A stretch of 63,282 nucleotides of DNA, counting the filler, from Globobulimina sp. (Eukaryota): assembly GCA_003354225.1 (NCBI GenBank). It is 36 parts of 36 records of this genome, joined end to end, with 100 filler letters (N's around TTAATTAATTAA, not from the genome) between each part and the next. Parts side by side here need not be neighbours in the genome. Positions count along the whole stretch, not along the records: positions 10,573 to 12,234 come from PIVH01013464.1; positions 12,335 to 13,995 come from PIVH01013465.1; positions 14,096 to 15,756 come from PIVH01013466.1; positions 15,857 to 17,517 come from PIVH01013467.1; positions 17,618 to 19,278 come from PIVH01013468.1; positions 19,379 to 21,039 come from PIVH01013469.1; positions 21,140 to 22,800 come from PIVH01013470.1; positions 22,901 to 24,561 come from PIVH01013471.1; 28 more parts are not named here. One strand, given 5' to 3'. Under the pieces are notes generated by a model. That model was given only the letters and a program-made list of their open reading frames with translations. It searched no databases and was not told the origin of the DNA. Numbering within the stretch: position 1 is the first letter of the stretch; each line of letters begins with the position of its first letter. A program made the position numbers and the translations under genes. This document shows positions 11,340 to 22,975 of the stretch, in pieces.

Positions 11340-11930
11340 GAAGAGGAAGAATTCTTCACCATGATTCAGGCAATTTCGGGCATGTTCAGGCACGCCAAGG
11401 ATCGTTTTTCCAATAATATGGAAACGACGCTCCGATTGTTAACGGGGCGCTGCATTATATTTTCATATTAATGTTTTTCAATCAAAAAAATTGTACGTCG
11501 CCGACATTTTTATTCCTAAAATCGGTCCATCGGACAGATCGCTTTGTTTATTGTCACGTTTTAAAAGGGTTAGATGATTATGTATTGTAACTAAAGCATA
11601 ATTAGCCGAGTTTCCGCCTATAGCGTCTTTTTCGTATTCGATCGTCATTTCCATATTAACAAAAAGTCTCAGTCACAGTCACCATGGCAACGGGGGCGGC
11701 GCAAGACGATAAATTTGTATTAGCTTTAACTTTTTGACCACCGCTCGATAATATTGAAAAATATTATAAGAAGACTGAATTTATTTCGGATTCCTCTCAC
11801 TAATAGTTTGAAATATGGGCGAAGGCAGGGTGTACGCTTTTTATTTCGCTATTTTTCTTTATAAAGTGTGATTGGCGCCGCCCTTGCATCAAGATCGATC
11901 ATCCCGTTGACAACGCTTTTTCGAGATTAT
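11340..11930 (+). pseudogene. Possible highly decayed LTR-retrotransposon integrase relic
   Basis: Broken-frame peptides ILHHDSGNFGH, LFRIPLT and DHPVDNAFSRL occur in the order of integrase H..H zinc motif, FG.P..I.SD and YHPQ.NG..ER; many stops. Confidence 0.2.
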
Positions 11931-12814
11931 TGATCTCGTTTCTATTGAGGCGACATCTGGCGGAATCCGAACAAATGCGTGGTCTAGCGTTTCATCTTTT
12001 TGTATAGAAATAGCTGCATTATTATCGTTAAATAATAATCTATAGTAACTATAAAATTACGCTCTACATTATTCATTTTTAACCCGGTCTCGAACGATCT
12101 AGTATTCGTCTCTACTTAGTCTCCAACCATGTATACTTTCGTAAATATTTATGTCTGGTGTGGTTGGACTCTTGCCAATTATTAGTGACGTCTTGTCTGG
12201 AGCGGATCGATCGAACATGGGGCGGCGTAGGACTNNNNNNNNNNNNNNNNNNNNNNNNNNNNNNNNNNNNNNNNNNNNTTAATTAATTAANNNNNNNNNN
12301 NNNNNNNNNNNNNNNNNNNNNNNNNNNNNNNNNNAGGTGGTGACTGATGGAGAGGAGACTGGTGGTGGTGCTGCACGTCAATATAATATGACGTATTGTG
12401 TTGTTGTTGCTATGATATTTGCAGTTATTAATTAAAAAGCATTTTTGTTGTTGTTTTTCATACACATTGTAATGTTGAAAGTATAATACATTTAGAAATG
12501 TATATATTTTATGAATTAGATTTTTCTTTGTGTTTTGTAGGTATGTATTAAGTTGTTATCCTTGCACATTATATTAGTTCCACACACTTTTTATTGTCAT
12601 ATAAACGAAACGTTAAACGTACTGTGTTAGTAAACAAGCAGACAGGATACAAATTGTGCACTGAGTGCGAGGATATAAAAAATAGAACATATATGGACAA
12701 ATGACCTCATGCGCTTTATACAAATTGCTCCTGTCTCATCACTCACGCATCACTCTTGCTTGCTTGATACACACACGGAATAATCTTTACTTCCAAAACC
12801 TGGAGCAATAATTA

Positions 12815-13789
12815 ATGGATTATACTTTACTGACAAACAACAAGGATCATAAGGCATGCACACCACTTACAACTACGTCAAATCGGTCAATTCCCCAATT
12901 CATAAAACCGGCATCATTGTCATTGACATATTCAAACGAAACGTATATAAGAAGTATAGGTGAAGTTTATGGTTATTTTGAACATTTCGCACCATCATTA
13001 TCAGCATCAGATGCATTGTCCACATTCATTTTAAATCCCATATCCATTATATTCAATATTTGCTTTATTATTTATAATTTTAGCACAATGCATTCAGATT
13101 CAAATGACAATTATACCACAGAATCATTAGACGACATTCATAACATTACCACATGGATGGAAATGGTTGGGTTATTTGCATTATTTATCTGTTTACTTAT
13201 TTCATATTGCATTGGATCTAAAACCACATTGATTCGCTGCATCAAGTTATGTGGTTCATGGTCAGTGTTTACATTATTTTATATATTCAGACCACTCGAA
13301 TTAGTCAATCTTTATATGATGATGTTCAAACATCATCCATCCCGAATCACGGCATCAAACAATCGAAAACAAAGACAATTTGATCGAATACAAACTCGTT
13401 TGCAGCATCACGCAGACGATCGACGTACAGATATATTCAGCAAAGATGAATTAATTGAGGTCCTGTCTCAATTTGAAAGCCAACGCCAAGACACAAAGAC
13501 CTTATCGCCTGCAGAACAGTCGTCGTTTACAGATAAAATAGTGCGTTATGCAGTTTTTATATTGATGATTATTATAACTATGATTTGCTTATTTATTGGC
13601 ATATTATCTTTTGTTTTCAAATTAGGTCAATTTTCATTTGTGCATAGCACTGAGATATTATCCTGGAAGCTATCTGACTATATTTTGATAATGGGATTTG
13701 CCAATCAGTTATGGAATATGTGCAATGTGGATGCAATCAGAATGGATGCGATTTACAGATTTATTTTCAGCTCAAATGATGCAAAAAAG
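12815..13789 (+). CDS. Multi-pass membrane protein of unknown family
   Basis: Long ORF with ~5 hydrophobic helices and a charged loop; the annotated C-terminus beyond ~13790 is translated minisatellite. Confidence 0.6.
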
Positions 13790-13913
13790 GGGTGTGCTCT
13801 GTCTGCTCTTGTCTGGGGTGTGTTCTGTCTGCTCTTGTTTGTGTTGGGTGGGCTCTGTCTGCTCTTTTGTGTTGGGTGTTTTCTGTCTGCTCTTTTGTGT
13901 GGTGTGTGTTCTG
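13790..13913 (+). repeat. GT-rich minisatellite (~27-30 bp, 4-5 copies)
   Basis: Repeated GTG(T/G)(G/T)(C/T)TCTGTCTGCTCTT(G/T)...GTGTTGG units. Confidence 0.85.
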
Positions 13914-14398
13914 AGCGTCATAAAGTGATTACACATATGTTCGAGTCAACCAATCAGAAAAAAATTATTTTTAGAGTTTAGGTTAGACGACACACNNNNN
14001 NNNNNNNNNNNNNNNNNNNNNNNNNNNNNNNNNNNNNNNTTAATTAATTAANNNNNNNNNNNNNNNNNNNNNNNNNNNNNNNNNNNNNNNNNNNNGTATT
14101 ATTTTTTTTTTGTTTCATATTTAAAATATTTTTTTTTATTTGTACTTTGTTTATATATCACAGCTGCAACCATGCTATACCTCATTTTTTAACACGGTTC
14201 CCACGGAGCGTAATTGATAAGAATCCAAATTTGGACTTAATATGGGTTGAACGCCATATTCAATTTAACTGGAAACCTATTTTCAATGGGATGAGCACTA
14301 GAATTTTGCACGAACGTTGCAACTGTGCGGTTCATACTGTTTTCAAATGTCCTGAAAACATTTCAGTGAAAACATCATAACGCAGCAGCTAATTTAGC

Positions 14399-15756
14399 AT
14401 GGCGACAAACACAAAATTGATCTCAAACAAGGATCTAGCAACGAAACTTTCACCTATTCAATGTATTTGTGGTGAATATCTAACAAAAATAGATCTATCT
14501 GATTTTTGCAACGTGCATCACATTCAAGGATTATTATGTGATAATTGTAATTCATGGGGTAAAGAAAATGATATTTTCTGGCATTGTGATGATGAATATA
14601 ATATAGTTCATGTTGATGGTTATGATATTTGTGATAAGTGTGTAAAAAATAATCAGTATAAACAGCAACAATCAAAGCCAAATGATGTAGAGATAGATAT
14701 TGATGATCATCCAAAACAATACGCTCATAAATGCAAAGCTAACGAAACTTGTGAAATATTACATAGATTCTTGGCCGTAGTAAAGAAATATAATGCACAT
14801 AATAGTGAAACTGTACACAATATGGATAATGCAAATGCATTACAAACGTTGGATGATTTTTTCCATACAATGTATGAACATACCACAGACGCACAATTTG
14901 AAAGTATTGTGGAAGGACTCGGATATTGCGACATGAACAGCTGTGATATATTTATGCGGAATAATCGAAATAAAAGCGATGATGGCACAATGCTTCATTA
15001 TATGCATTATGTTATGGATAAAATCCATTGTTATTTCCAGCATTGCTATGATATTGGAAACAGATTATCAGTTAAAGAGAAAATGCAATTAAACACCAAA
15101 TATGCGACGGATGAAAGTGACGAAAAAGATGTATTTAAGCAAGTTTCACTCAACAAACAAATTACAGAAACAAATAAAATGTTACATTCAAAACGGAAAC
15201 GATATAAGAAAATGTGTACAAAATTGGATGCGAATGCGAATGTTATGAGTAAATACAATCAGCTTTATGCATATGACGATAATAAACAAAACGAAGAAGA
15301 TGACATTAAAAAAGCAACCTATAGTTTTGGTTACATGTTTGAATATGGATTTGGTGGAGAAACAGTAACAAATAACAGTATTACCATAAAAGCAAAATAT
15401 GCATCACTTAAACAGGAATTGACACAGAATGATATAGCAACTGTATCAGTACCACAATATAACAATGAATATAATAAAGCTCAACTTCATTTTAACTCAC
15501 GTTATTTTAAACAAAATGAAGAGTTTGCATCGTATAAAGACGATAGCGACGGACTGCGTATAGAATGGGTATTGTATTTAGAATATTTGTTATCAATAAT
15601 GATATATTGCAATTATACTACCCTCCAATATGAATTTAGCAAAACGTACAGAGAAAACAATGGCTTTAAGCATAATAATTTTCTCGGCAAATATTTAAAA
15701 ATATCTGTCCACCATTTTGGTACGAAAATAAATTCGGAACCGGAAGAAATTAATAC
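14399..15756 (+). CDS. Cys/His-finger protein of the same family as 15857-17505; truncated just before the ART-like core
   Basis: N-terminal CxC..CxxC..WHC..H..YDICxxC (ZZ-like finger); shared blocks YSFGYMFEY, KYASLKQE, LLSIMIYCNYT..FSKTYR, KYLKISVHHFG. Confidence 0.65.
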
Positions 15757-15856
15757 NNNNNNNNNNNNNNNNNNNNNNNNNNNNNNNNNNNNNNNNNNNN
15801 TTAATTAATTAANNNNNNNNNNNNNNNNNNNNNNNNNNNNNNNNNNNNNNNNNNNN

Positions 15857-17505
15857 TCTAACCAACCACCATAACCATAATTCTGTTTAATTATTATTCG
15901 ATCAAATGTTTTTGGTAATATTGCTGAATCAATAATTGCTAATAAATTATAAATATTAAATGTACGATATTCATTTGTAATAATTATTATTTCATTCATA
16001 TTTGGAAATAATTCAAATAATACTGGTTTAAATAAATTAATATCATTATCATCAATATCTGAAAAAGATTGTTCTTTCGTTGAATGCATTACCAATGATT
16101 TAAATTTATCATTTTTAATCCCTTGACCGATTTCATATAAATTTAAAACAATTTGTGCTTTCTTGATTGCATATAAATAAAATGTATCATTGATATATTT
16201 ATCAAAATCATTCTTACTTTTTTCTAAAAAATTTCTAATCGATAAATCAATAATATCTGCATCGTCAGTACTTACATCACCAATATAATCAAGACATTGT
16301 CCAGTAATCATGGCATCAAATGAATAATAAGCATGCATATATTTTTTATAATTATTTTTTGTTAGCATAACAATTATGGTTTGAATCTCTAATCGAAAAC
16401 TTCCACCAAATATTAAACGTTCTGCCTCCTCCGGGAAAGTACTCAGCCAGCTACAATCAAAAAAAACTTCTTTTTTACCACTCTCTGATTTATTATTTAA
16501 TTTGATAATCATTCCTTTTTTCTCATCGGTAAATCTGATCGCTATTTCTTTATATTTGCTGGTTGAATTTGGTCCGTTTAATCTTATTGCAAATGATGGG
16601 ATATTCATTAATAGTGACATACCGGTATAAAATGGACCATTTTCACTGCCTTCACCCACTTCTCTCATTCCATTATTTCCATAATATTGTACTAATTCCC
16701 TTAAATATTTAGCAATAAAATGATATTTTGAATTTCTGTGTTTTATACTATTTAATTTTTCATTATTATAAATTGGTCTGAATGTGGATGAGAAATCAGT
16801 ACAAAAAGCTGTGAAATCACAGTATAAAATCACAGAATGCAAATGATGCACAGATAATGGCGTATAATTTTTAATATTATAATGTAAATAATCCCATGTA
16901 CCATAGACAGATTTCATATTTTTACATTTATTTGTCTGAATATAATAATTTGCTTTTCTTATAATTATTTGATTAAATTGTTGCATTTGAATAAATTTTG
17001 AATTGACAGCTTCTTGTTTTAATGATTTATAATATGGAGACACATATAATTGATTCACTGAATAACCTCCAAAATTGTTAATATTATATCCCAACTCATT
17101 TTTTTTATATTGAAGTGGATTAATATTTTTATAATAGTCGTGATACCAAAATAATATTCCAGTGGAAAAGGCAGCCGCTGAAATTTTAGATATTTTAATA
17201 AATTGTCGAATATATTGAATATAAAAATGATTTTCATTTAAAAGATAAAATAAATTACAATTTTTACATTGATAATTTTCAATATCTTGTTTTAATGCAT
17301 CAGTGTCATATTCTTGTAATTGTATAAATTGTTTTAATTTATTTACTAATTTCTTATTATTATTATTTTTATCGCCAACATATTGAATCATATCTTGTAT
17401 AAATGTGCTTCTTTCCTCTTTTCTCTCTCTTTCATTTACATTGATAATAATATTAAATTTTTGATTATTTTCATTATTTAATCTATTTATATTTAAATCT
17501 TTCAT
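15857..17505 (-). CDS. ADP-ribosyltransferase (cholera-toxin/ARTC-fold)-like protein, partial
   Basis: Ordered motifs FYTGMS (16621-16632), GPNSTSK..IAIRF (16558-16566) and SWLSTFPEEAERL (16420-16431) match the YRG / STS / ExE layout. Confidence 0.65.
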
Positions 17506-17739
17506 TTCTTTTTTTTTNNNNNNNNNNNNNNNNNNNNNNNNNNNNNNNNNNNNNNNNNNNNTTAATTAATTAANNNNNNNNNNNNNNNNNNNNNNNNNNN
17601 NNNNNNNNNNNNNNNNNAAAAAAAAAAAAAAAAAGAAAAAAAAAAAAAAGAAAAAAAAAAAAAAAAAAAAAAAATAAACAAACAAATAAATGTGTTATAC
17701 TTTATTATAGGTATAAAGAAAAAAAAATAAACAAATGTG

Positions 17740-18969
17740 TTATACTTTATTATTATTATTATTATTAATATGAATGTTTTTATTCAACACAATCACCGCA
17801 CAAACACACACGAAAAACACTGCAATCATTAACCCGAATTGCACCCACATATTATCTGCAGCTGCGATACGGACAGATATTACTTCCTTATTTGTAGAAG
17901 TTTGAGGGTTACCACCAAACACCTTTGCTTCCTCCACCTCCGCAGCATTAACTGCTTTAAATATAACCATTTCGTCACTAGATTCGTCACTCGATTTATA
18001 TTTTCTTTTTTTCTTATTATAAACTCGAGAATCAGACGTCGACGCAGATTCATATGAATCAGAGGCAAAATCAGACGCAGATTCTACAGCAACACAAACC
18101 ACTTTAATGGTGTCAATACATTTAATATCCGCAATATCTATGCATGATACTTCAATAATCACTGCACCAATATCATAGTACGAGACGTTTCCAAAATTGG
18201 TCGCAACCTCATAATCAAATGTTACGTTAAACGAATCTTCGTCTTCGGCAATATCCTCACATCGCTCTTGCGCCTCCGGTCCCGGCACATATGTAATTGT
18301 TCCATTTCCATAATTTATCACAAAACCTGTTTCTGGCGAAGTAAGCGAGAAAAATTCAAACGAATCTGCGTAGAAATCATTTGCAAATACGTCTATAGTT
18401 TGTGATGTAAATTGATCAGTTGACGTTGCATCATTTGTTGCAAATTGAAAATCACAGCTAATGGTGATCCATAATCGAACACTAATACTTTCAACAGATT
18501 CTGGACACCAAGCATCTACAGCCTTCGATTTGATTATAGAAAATTCCAATGGCCCATCAATTGCAGGTAATTGATAATCTGAGATGCATGGCGCAAATTC
18601 ATAACACAATTCAGAATCCCTGTCTTGGCCACCACACTTTTGTGTTAAACCCGCGCCTTTTATCACTAAATATTCAGAAGAAGCATCATAATCTACCATT
18701 AAATAATCTAAAGACATGCTTGGATTTACACATTCATCGCCAATAAATAACATGGTTAAATTTAATGTTGAATTAAAGTCATTGGTATCAACTCCCGAGG
18801 TGATATTAAATGAATAAATGAAGGGTACCGGTTCTCCTCCAATTGAAGTGATAACATCGATGGTTTCCTCGAAACTTGTTGCATTGAAGGTTGCATTGGA
18901 TATAGATATTGTAAATGGAAATAATATTATAAATGCAACGACGCTTAAACTTGTAATAATAAATGTCAT
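17740..18969 (-). CDS. Type I membrane protein with bacterial-type Ig/cadherin-like (Big_9-like) domain
   Basis: Signal peptide; A.ND...T......IDV.AND...G.V....NGTITY.P...F.YEV pattern at ~18148-18441; S/D/E-rich stalk; C-terminal TM helix. Confidence 0.7.
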   Translation of the reverse strand: MTFIITSLSVVAFIILFPFTISISNATFNATSFEETIDVITSIGGEPVPFIYSFNITSGVDTNDFNSTLNLTMLFIGDECVNPSMSLDYLMVDYDASSEYLVIKGAGLTQKCGGQDRDSELCYEFAPCISDYQLPAIDGPLEFSIIKSKAVDAWCPESVESISVRLWITISCDFQFATNDATSTDQFTSQTIDVFANDFYADSFEFFSLTSPETGFVINYGNGTITYVPGPEAQERCEDIAEDEDSFNVTFDYEVATNFGNVSYYDIGAVIIEVSCIDIADIKCIDTIKVVCVAVESASDFASDSYESASTSDSRVYNKKKRKYKSSDESSDEMVIFKAVNAAEVEEAKVFGGNPQTSTNKEVISVRIAAADNMWVQFGLMIAVFFVCVCAVIVLNKNIHINNNNNNKV

Positions 18970-19587
18970 TGTGTTTCAGTTTGTATTTTACAATATTTGT
19001 ATTGTAATTTGCAACTCAAAAGTAGCGGTATTAACTGTTAGACTTAGAGCTTTTAGTAACAAAGTTTATTTTAAATACTGTGACACAAAAAGTGTGCTGA
19101 AAACGAAACTTGCGTTATTTTTATCATCAATGAACGCTTTGATAATTAAAGAAAAAAACTTTTGTAATTTATCAAAAACTTTTCATTTCGTCTCCCTTTA
19201 AACCTGAAAAGTAATGGCGTCAACACGCTATGCAACCAATTCAAGCAGTCAACCGACATTGCAGCGATCAAACACATTNNNNNNNNNNNNNNNNNNNNNN
19301 NNNNNNNNNNNNNNNNNNNNNNTTAATTAATTAANNNNNNNNNNNNNNNNNNNNNNNNNNNNNNNNNNNNNNNNNNNNCGGGGAATAGTCAGTTAATATG
19401 TTATCCAATAACCTGCTGGCTGCCGTGTCCGCACTCATCACATCAAAGGGAGACGGCATATGGCTGTTTATTTGTGGTTATTGCTGATGTTGTTGGTTAG
19501 CTGACATGATAAATCACAGTGGTTGTTTTTTTATGACCATGGCCATGGCACAATAAAAGAAAAACCTAAAAAACTCTTACGGGATAC

Positions 19588-20895
19588 ATGCGGTGCCAAA
19601 AGAATCTTTTATTTGCAGTTTACATATTAAATGCAGCGTTGATACCATTTATGTGGGTACTACTCAATGACAAATATTTGTCTGTATTTGATGATTCCGA
19701 TAGAAAATATTCATTTCCAATATTATTGGCCGGGGATACCAATGATACTTTAACTAAATCTAAATCCAAATCTAAATCAATATGTTCATTTGAAAATCCA
19801 TTATGCGATAACATAGAAAATGCTTTATGCCGATATCTGTTCCCATATCAAATATTATACACTGTTCACCATAAAACAGGCCATTCCCTCGGCGTCAGAA
19901 TATTCAAAAAATTATCCAATTGGTGCGGTGTCAATGCTGCAGCTGTTAAATATTCCAAATATTATCTCAAAACAATTAATTCTTTTAATATCGTTGATTT
20001 TATTGCTGCTGCAGATGCAGATGAAATGAATGAAAGCAATAAAAATATCGTAATATTTCATTTTATTCGATCACCACTAAATACCGTTTTTTCCGGATAC
20101 GAATTTCACAAAAAAGGATTAGAAAATTGGTTACTGCACAAACTGAAGACAGTTGGGTTCGCGACGTTGTCCCAAACCAATAAAAGCATACAAACCAATG
20201 ATCCAAACAATGTTAAATTTTTGGCTGAAACTTTCAACACAAACGACGATGATTTAATAAATTTAAAAAACTATTTAGAAACTCATCCATATCAAAGAAC
20301 AAAAATGTGTTTTAATGCAAGGAACGTTATAGATATAAATATGACATTTAATTACAGCTTGCAATATGCATTAAAAAATAAATTAAATATTAAAAGATGG
20401 TACAATTTGATTGATAAAAGTGGATACGGCGTATTTTGGGAATTTGTTAGATATTACAACTGTGAGTGGCATATTATATATGTTATGCAAAAAATATATA
20501 AAAAATATTCAAAGCGTTTCTTAAATTATGTTCCTTTTGTTTTAGAGTCATTCATGGAAAACAAAAAAGGTTTTAATAATAATATAAATGTATTGTTGAA
20601 TGCTTTGAATTTAATCGATAATGAGGAAAATAATAATATATTACAAGCGAATGGAATATATAATGTAAATATTAGTAAATCGAGACAAGATTTAATTTAT
20701 GCGTTAACAAAACAAGATCTTACTCATCTGTACAAATCAAATATTACTATTCCTCGTGAGCGCCATATTACCACTGGGACATATAATAAAACGCAATTAA
20801 AACTCAAATTATTTTCTATAGATCCGCAAGTATGCCAAACACTGAAAAATTTAACTTTGTTAATGCATCTACCATGGCAATATAACGACTGTTAA
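19588..20895 (+). CDS. Golgi-type (type II membrane) sulfotransferase-like protein
   Basis: N-terminal TM anchor; HHKTGH (5'-PSB-like loop) and FIRSPLNTVFSGY (3'-PB motif). Confidence 0.75.
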   Translation: MRCQKNLLFAVYILNAALIPFMWVLLNDKYLSVFDDSDRKYSFPILLAGDTNDTLTKSKSKSKSICSFENPLCDNIENALCRYLFPYQILYTVHHKTGHSLGVRIFKKLSNWCGVNAAAVKYSKYYLKTINSFNIVDFIAAADADEMNESNKNIVIFHFIRSPLNTVFSGYEFHKKGLENWLLHKLKTVGFATLSQTNKSIQTNDPNNVKFLAETFNTNDDDLINLKNYLETHPYQRTKMCFNARNVIDINMTFNYSLQYALKNKLNIKRWYNLIDKSGYGVFWEFVRYYNCEWHIIYVMQKIYKKYSKRFLNYVPFVLESFMENKKGFNNNINVLLNALNLIDNEENNNILQANGIYNVNISKSRQDLIYALTKQDLTHLYKSNITIPRERHITTGTYNKTQLKLKLFSIDPQVCQTLKNLTLLMHLPWQYNDC

Positions 20896-21174
20896 ATATA
20901 TTTAATATTGTTTATTTTTATATTTCTTTCTTTTTCATTTAATTAAATTGATTTTATAGTGGTTGGGCTCTTTGAAAAATAGAAATCCGATCAACAACGA
21001 TCATATGCCAGGGTCAGGCAGGAAAAAGATACTCAAAGTNNNNNNNNNNNNNNNNNNNNNNNNNNNNNNNNNNNNNNNNNNNNTTAATTAATTAANNNNN
21101 NNNNNNNNNNNNNNNNNNNNNNNNNNNNNNNNNNNNNNNAATAGCATTTTCAATATAGATTTTTGCATTATCAG

Positions 21175-21236
21175 AGCATTAACATAGCATTAACATAAGA
21201 AAATAGCATTAACATAGCATTAATATAGCATTAACA
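21175..21236. repeat. 11-bp tandem repeat AGCATTAACAT (~5 copies)
   Basis: Directly visible, with one short interruption. Confidence 0.8.
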
Positions 21237-21875
21237 CGAATGAATCTATATATACCTCCTTCGTTTTTCTTTTTGCTTCGAAAAAAAATCAAAACACAGC
21301 AACGAAATAATTTTGTATAATATCTGTTATTGTAACCAAACATTAATCCAATCACCATACAATTTAAAAGTAAATCAATATGTATCGTAAACACAGAAAA
21401 ACCAACAAACCAAAACAGTACCAAATATTGTTAGGATTGTATTTTTTACGATTAATGCGTGAAAACGAAATGCAATGCGTACGTTATCCTTGTTTGTAGA
21501 CAGTAATTTATTTAATTTGCTCTTGAATATCACACAAAATATTATATTTAAAATAATAATCAATACTATTTCGACGAAATAAATAACGATTGGGATGGTG
21601 TCAGACGCTGAAATTGGAAAATCACAAAATGATAATTGTCCAACTAATCCATCCGAGGGATCCCACATTAATTCACAAGCTGAGATATGTCTGCTTACGA
21701 TGATAAAAACCGGCATCAAAATAAAAAGTTGACTGAAAATAAATGAGGGTAATACATATGTTGCTGCTCTGCTGATGGTCAAAAGAATATATCCAATTTT
21801 GGAGCGGACCGATTCAAAACAATGTACTGCGTCCATATGCCGTCCAATAACGCATGAAGCTGTGAACAAAAACAA
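21209..21875 (-). pseudogene. Frameshifted 7TM GPCR-like gene
   Basis: ORF 21375-21875 encodes TM helices; the last helix and N..Y..LF.CC tail continue in another frame (21209-21424) with no room for an intron; no clear 5' exon. Confidence 0.5.
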
Positions 21876-21957
21876 ACATTATTCTGCTATTATAGATTAT
21901 TATTATTATACAAACAAATATATAACACACCTGGATTGAGAACGCCATCCGGTGACA

Positions 21958-22027
21958 GTACCACGCCAGAATTTGAACCTGGATCCTCTGCATGAAGGCA
22001 GTGCTCTATCATTTGAGCTACGTGGGA
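21958..22027 (-). tRNA. tRNA-like element / tRNA-derived SINE head (70 nt, shortened anticodon arm)
   Basis: TCCCACG/CGTGGTA acceptor (1 mismatch), GCTC-AAATGATA-GAGC, CTGC-CTTCAT-GCAG, AGGAT, CCAGG-TTCAAAT-TCTGG; followed by a short hairpin and a (TAA)n tract. Confidence 0.6.
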
Positions 22028-22140
22028 TTTATGCACCACTAATAATTTATATTATATGGATGCTACATAGATGCAAAAGCAAAAGAGCAACTGTTTGATA
22101 ACTTTTGACGAAAACATGCAAAAGAACTGAAAACGTTTTT

Positions 22141-22180
22141 GAACAGCAGAAATTTTCAGTGCTTATCGGAAAGCCCTATT
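22141..22180 (+). repeat. Dispersed repeat terminus shared with 26442-26481
   Basis: 33/40 identical to 26442-26481 on an unlinked contig; similarity ends at CCCTATT in both. Confidence 0.75.
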
Positions 22181-22205
22181 GTAACTAAAGGTTTTCCTTA
22201 AAAAT

Positions 22206-22800
22206 ATGACAACTACAGAATCAGATAATGTACCTACAGAAAGCAAAACATATATAGCACCACAATCACATCCTCGAATTAGTAAACGACCAATCACATA
22301 CAGGCAACTAATAGAATTAACACGCGACGACATAACGCTTTTATGGAATGATGCAAAATTATGCATAAAATATTTATCATGGATGCGTAAAGCAATTTTG
22401 ACCACAAAAGAACCATTTAATATATACTTAATACATATGGAATATTATGTTGACGAATGTTTGAAAGAATTGAATGCTGTCAAACCAAATCCTTGTGATC
22501 TACAGGCAAATTCTGATAAATTTGGTGAGCATCCACCACTGTCAAAGCCTGCAAATCATCTCATTTTTGCAGTATTGCCTGCTTTAATTGACGCCATGAT
22601 ATACACCAAACCTCTGAAAACATCAGTTTTTGCGTTTAATCGTTTTTTTAGATTAATATTAGTTTTATGCAAAAGATTTATTGAGTTAGATTTCGAATGT
22701 TTTAAATTGTTAGAGATTATTTTTGGTTTTGTTCGAAATCATCCGAACAAGCAACGATTTTATGATCATTGTGGCTTACCAGTAATTGTTGAGGGTGAAT
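22206..22800 (+). CDS. 5' part of a helical protein of unknown function
   Basis: ATG-initiated frame open to contig end; amphipathic helical composition. Confidence 0.55.
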
Positions 22801-22975
22801 NNNNNNNNNNNNNNNNNNNNNNNNNNNNNNNNNNNNNNNNNNNNTTAATTAATTAANNNNNNNNNNNNNNNNNNNNNNNNNNNNNNNNNNNNNNNNNNNN
22901 ACTACTTGCATATTACATATGTTATTTTAATATAGAAATACTATTTAATAATAGGAAGACGATATAAACACGGAA

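Noticed and set aside
13790-13981. Extra Cys/Leu-rich TM helices at the end of ORF 12815-13981
   Set aside because: They are the translation of a GT-rich minisatellite.
14096-17517. Convergent tandem arrangement of the two ART-family genes as a cluster
   Set aside because: They are on different contigs separated by a linker; adjacency reflects equal contig length only.
17618-17680. Poly-A/poly-T tracts (also ~61147-61182) as retrocopy tails
   Set aside because: No target-site duplication or associated processed gene is visible; homopolymers at contig ends are common assembly breaks.
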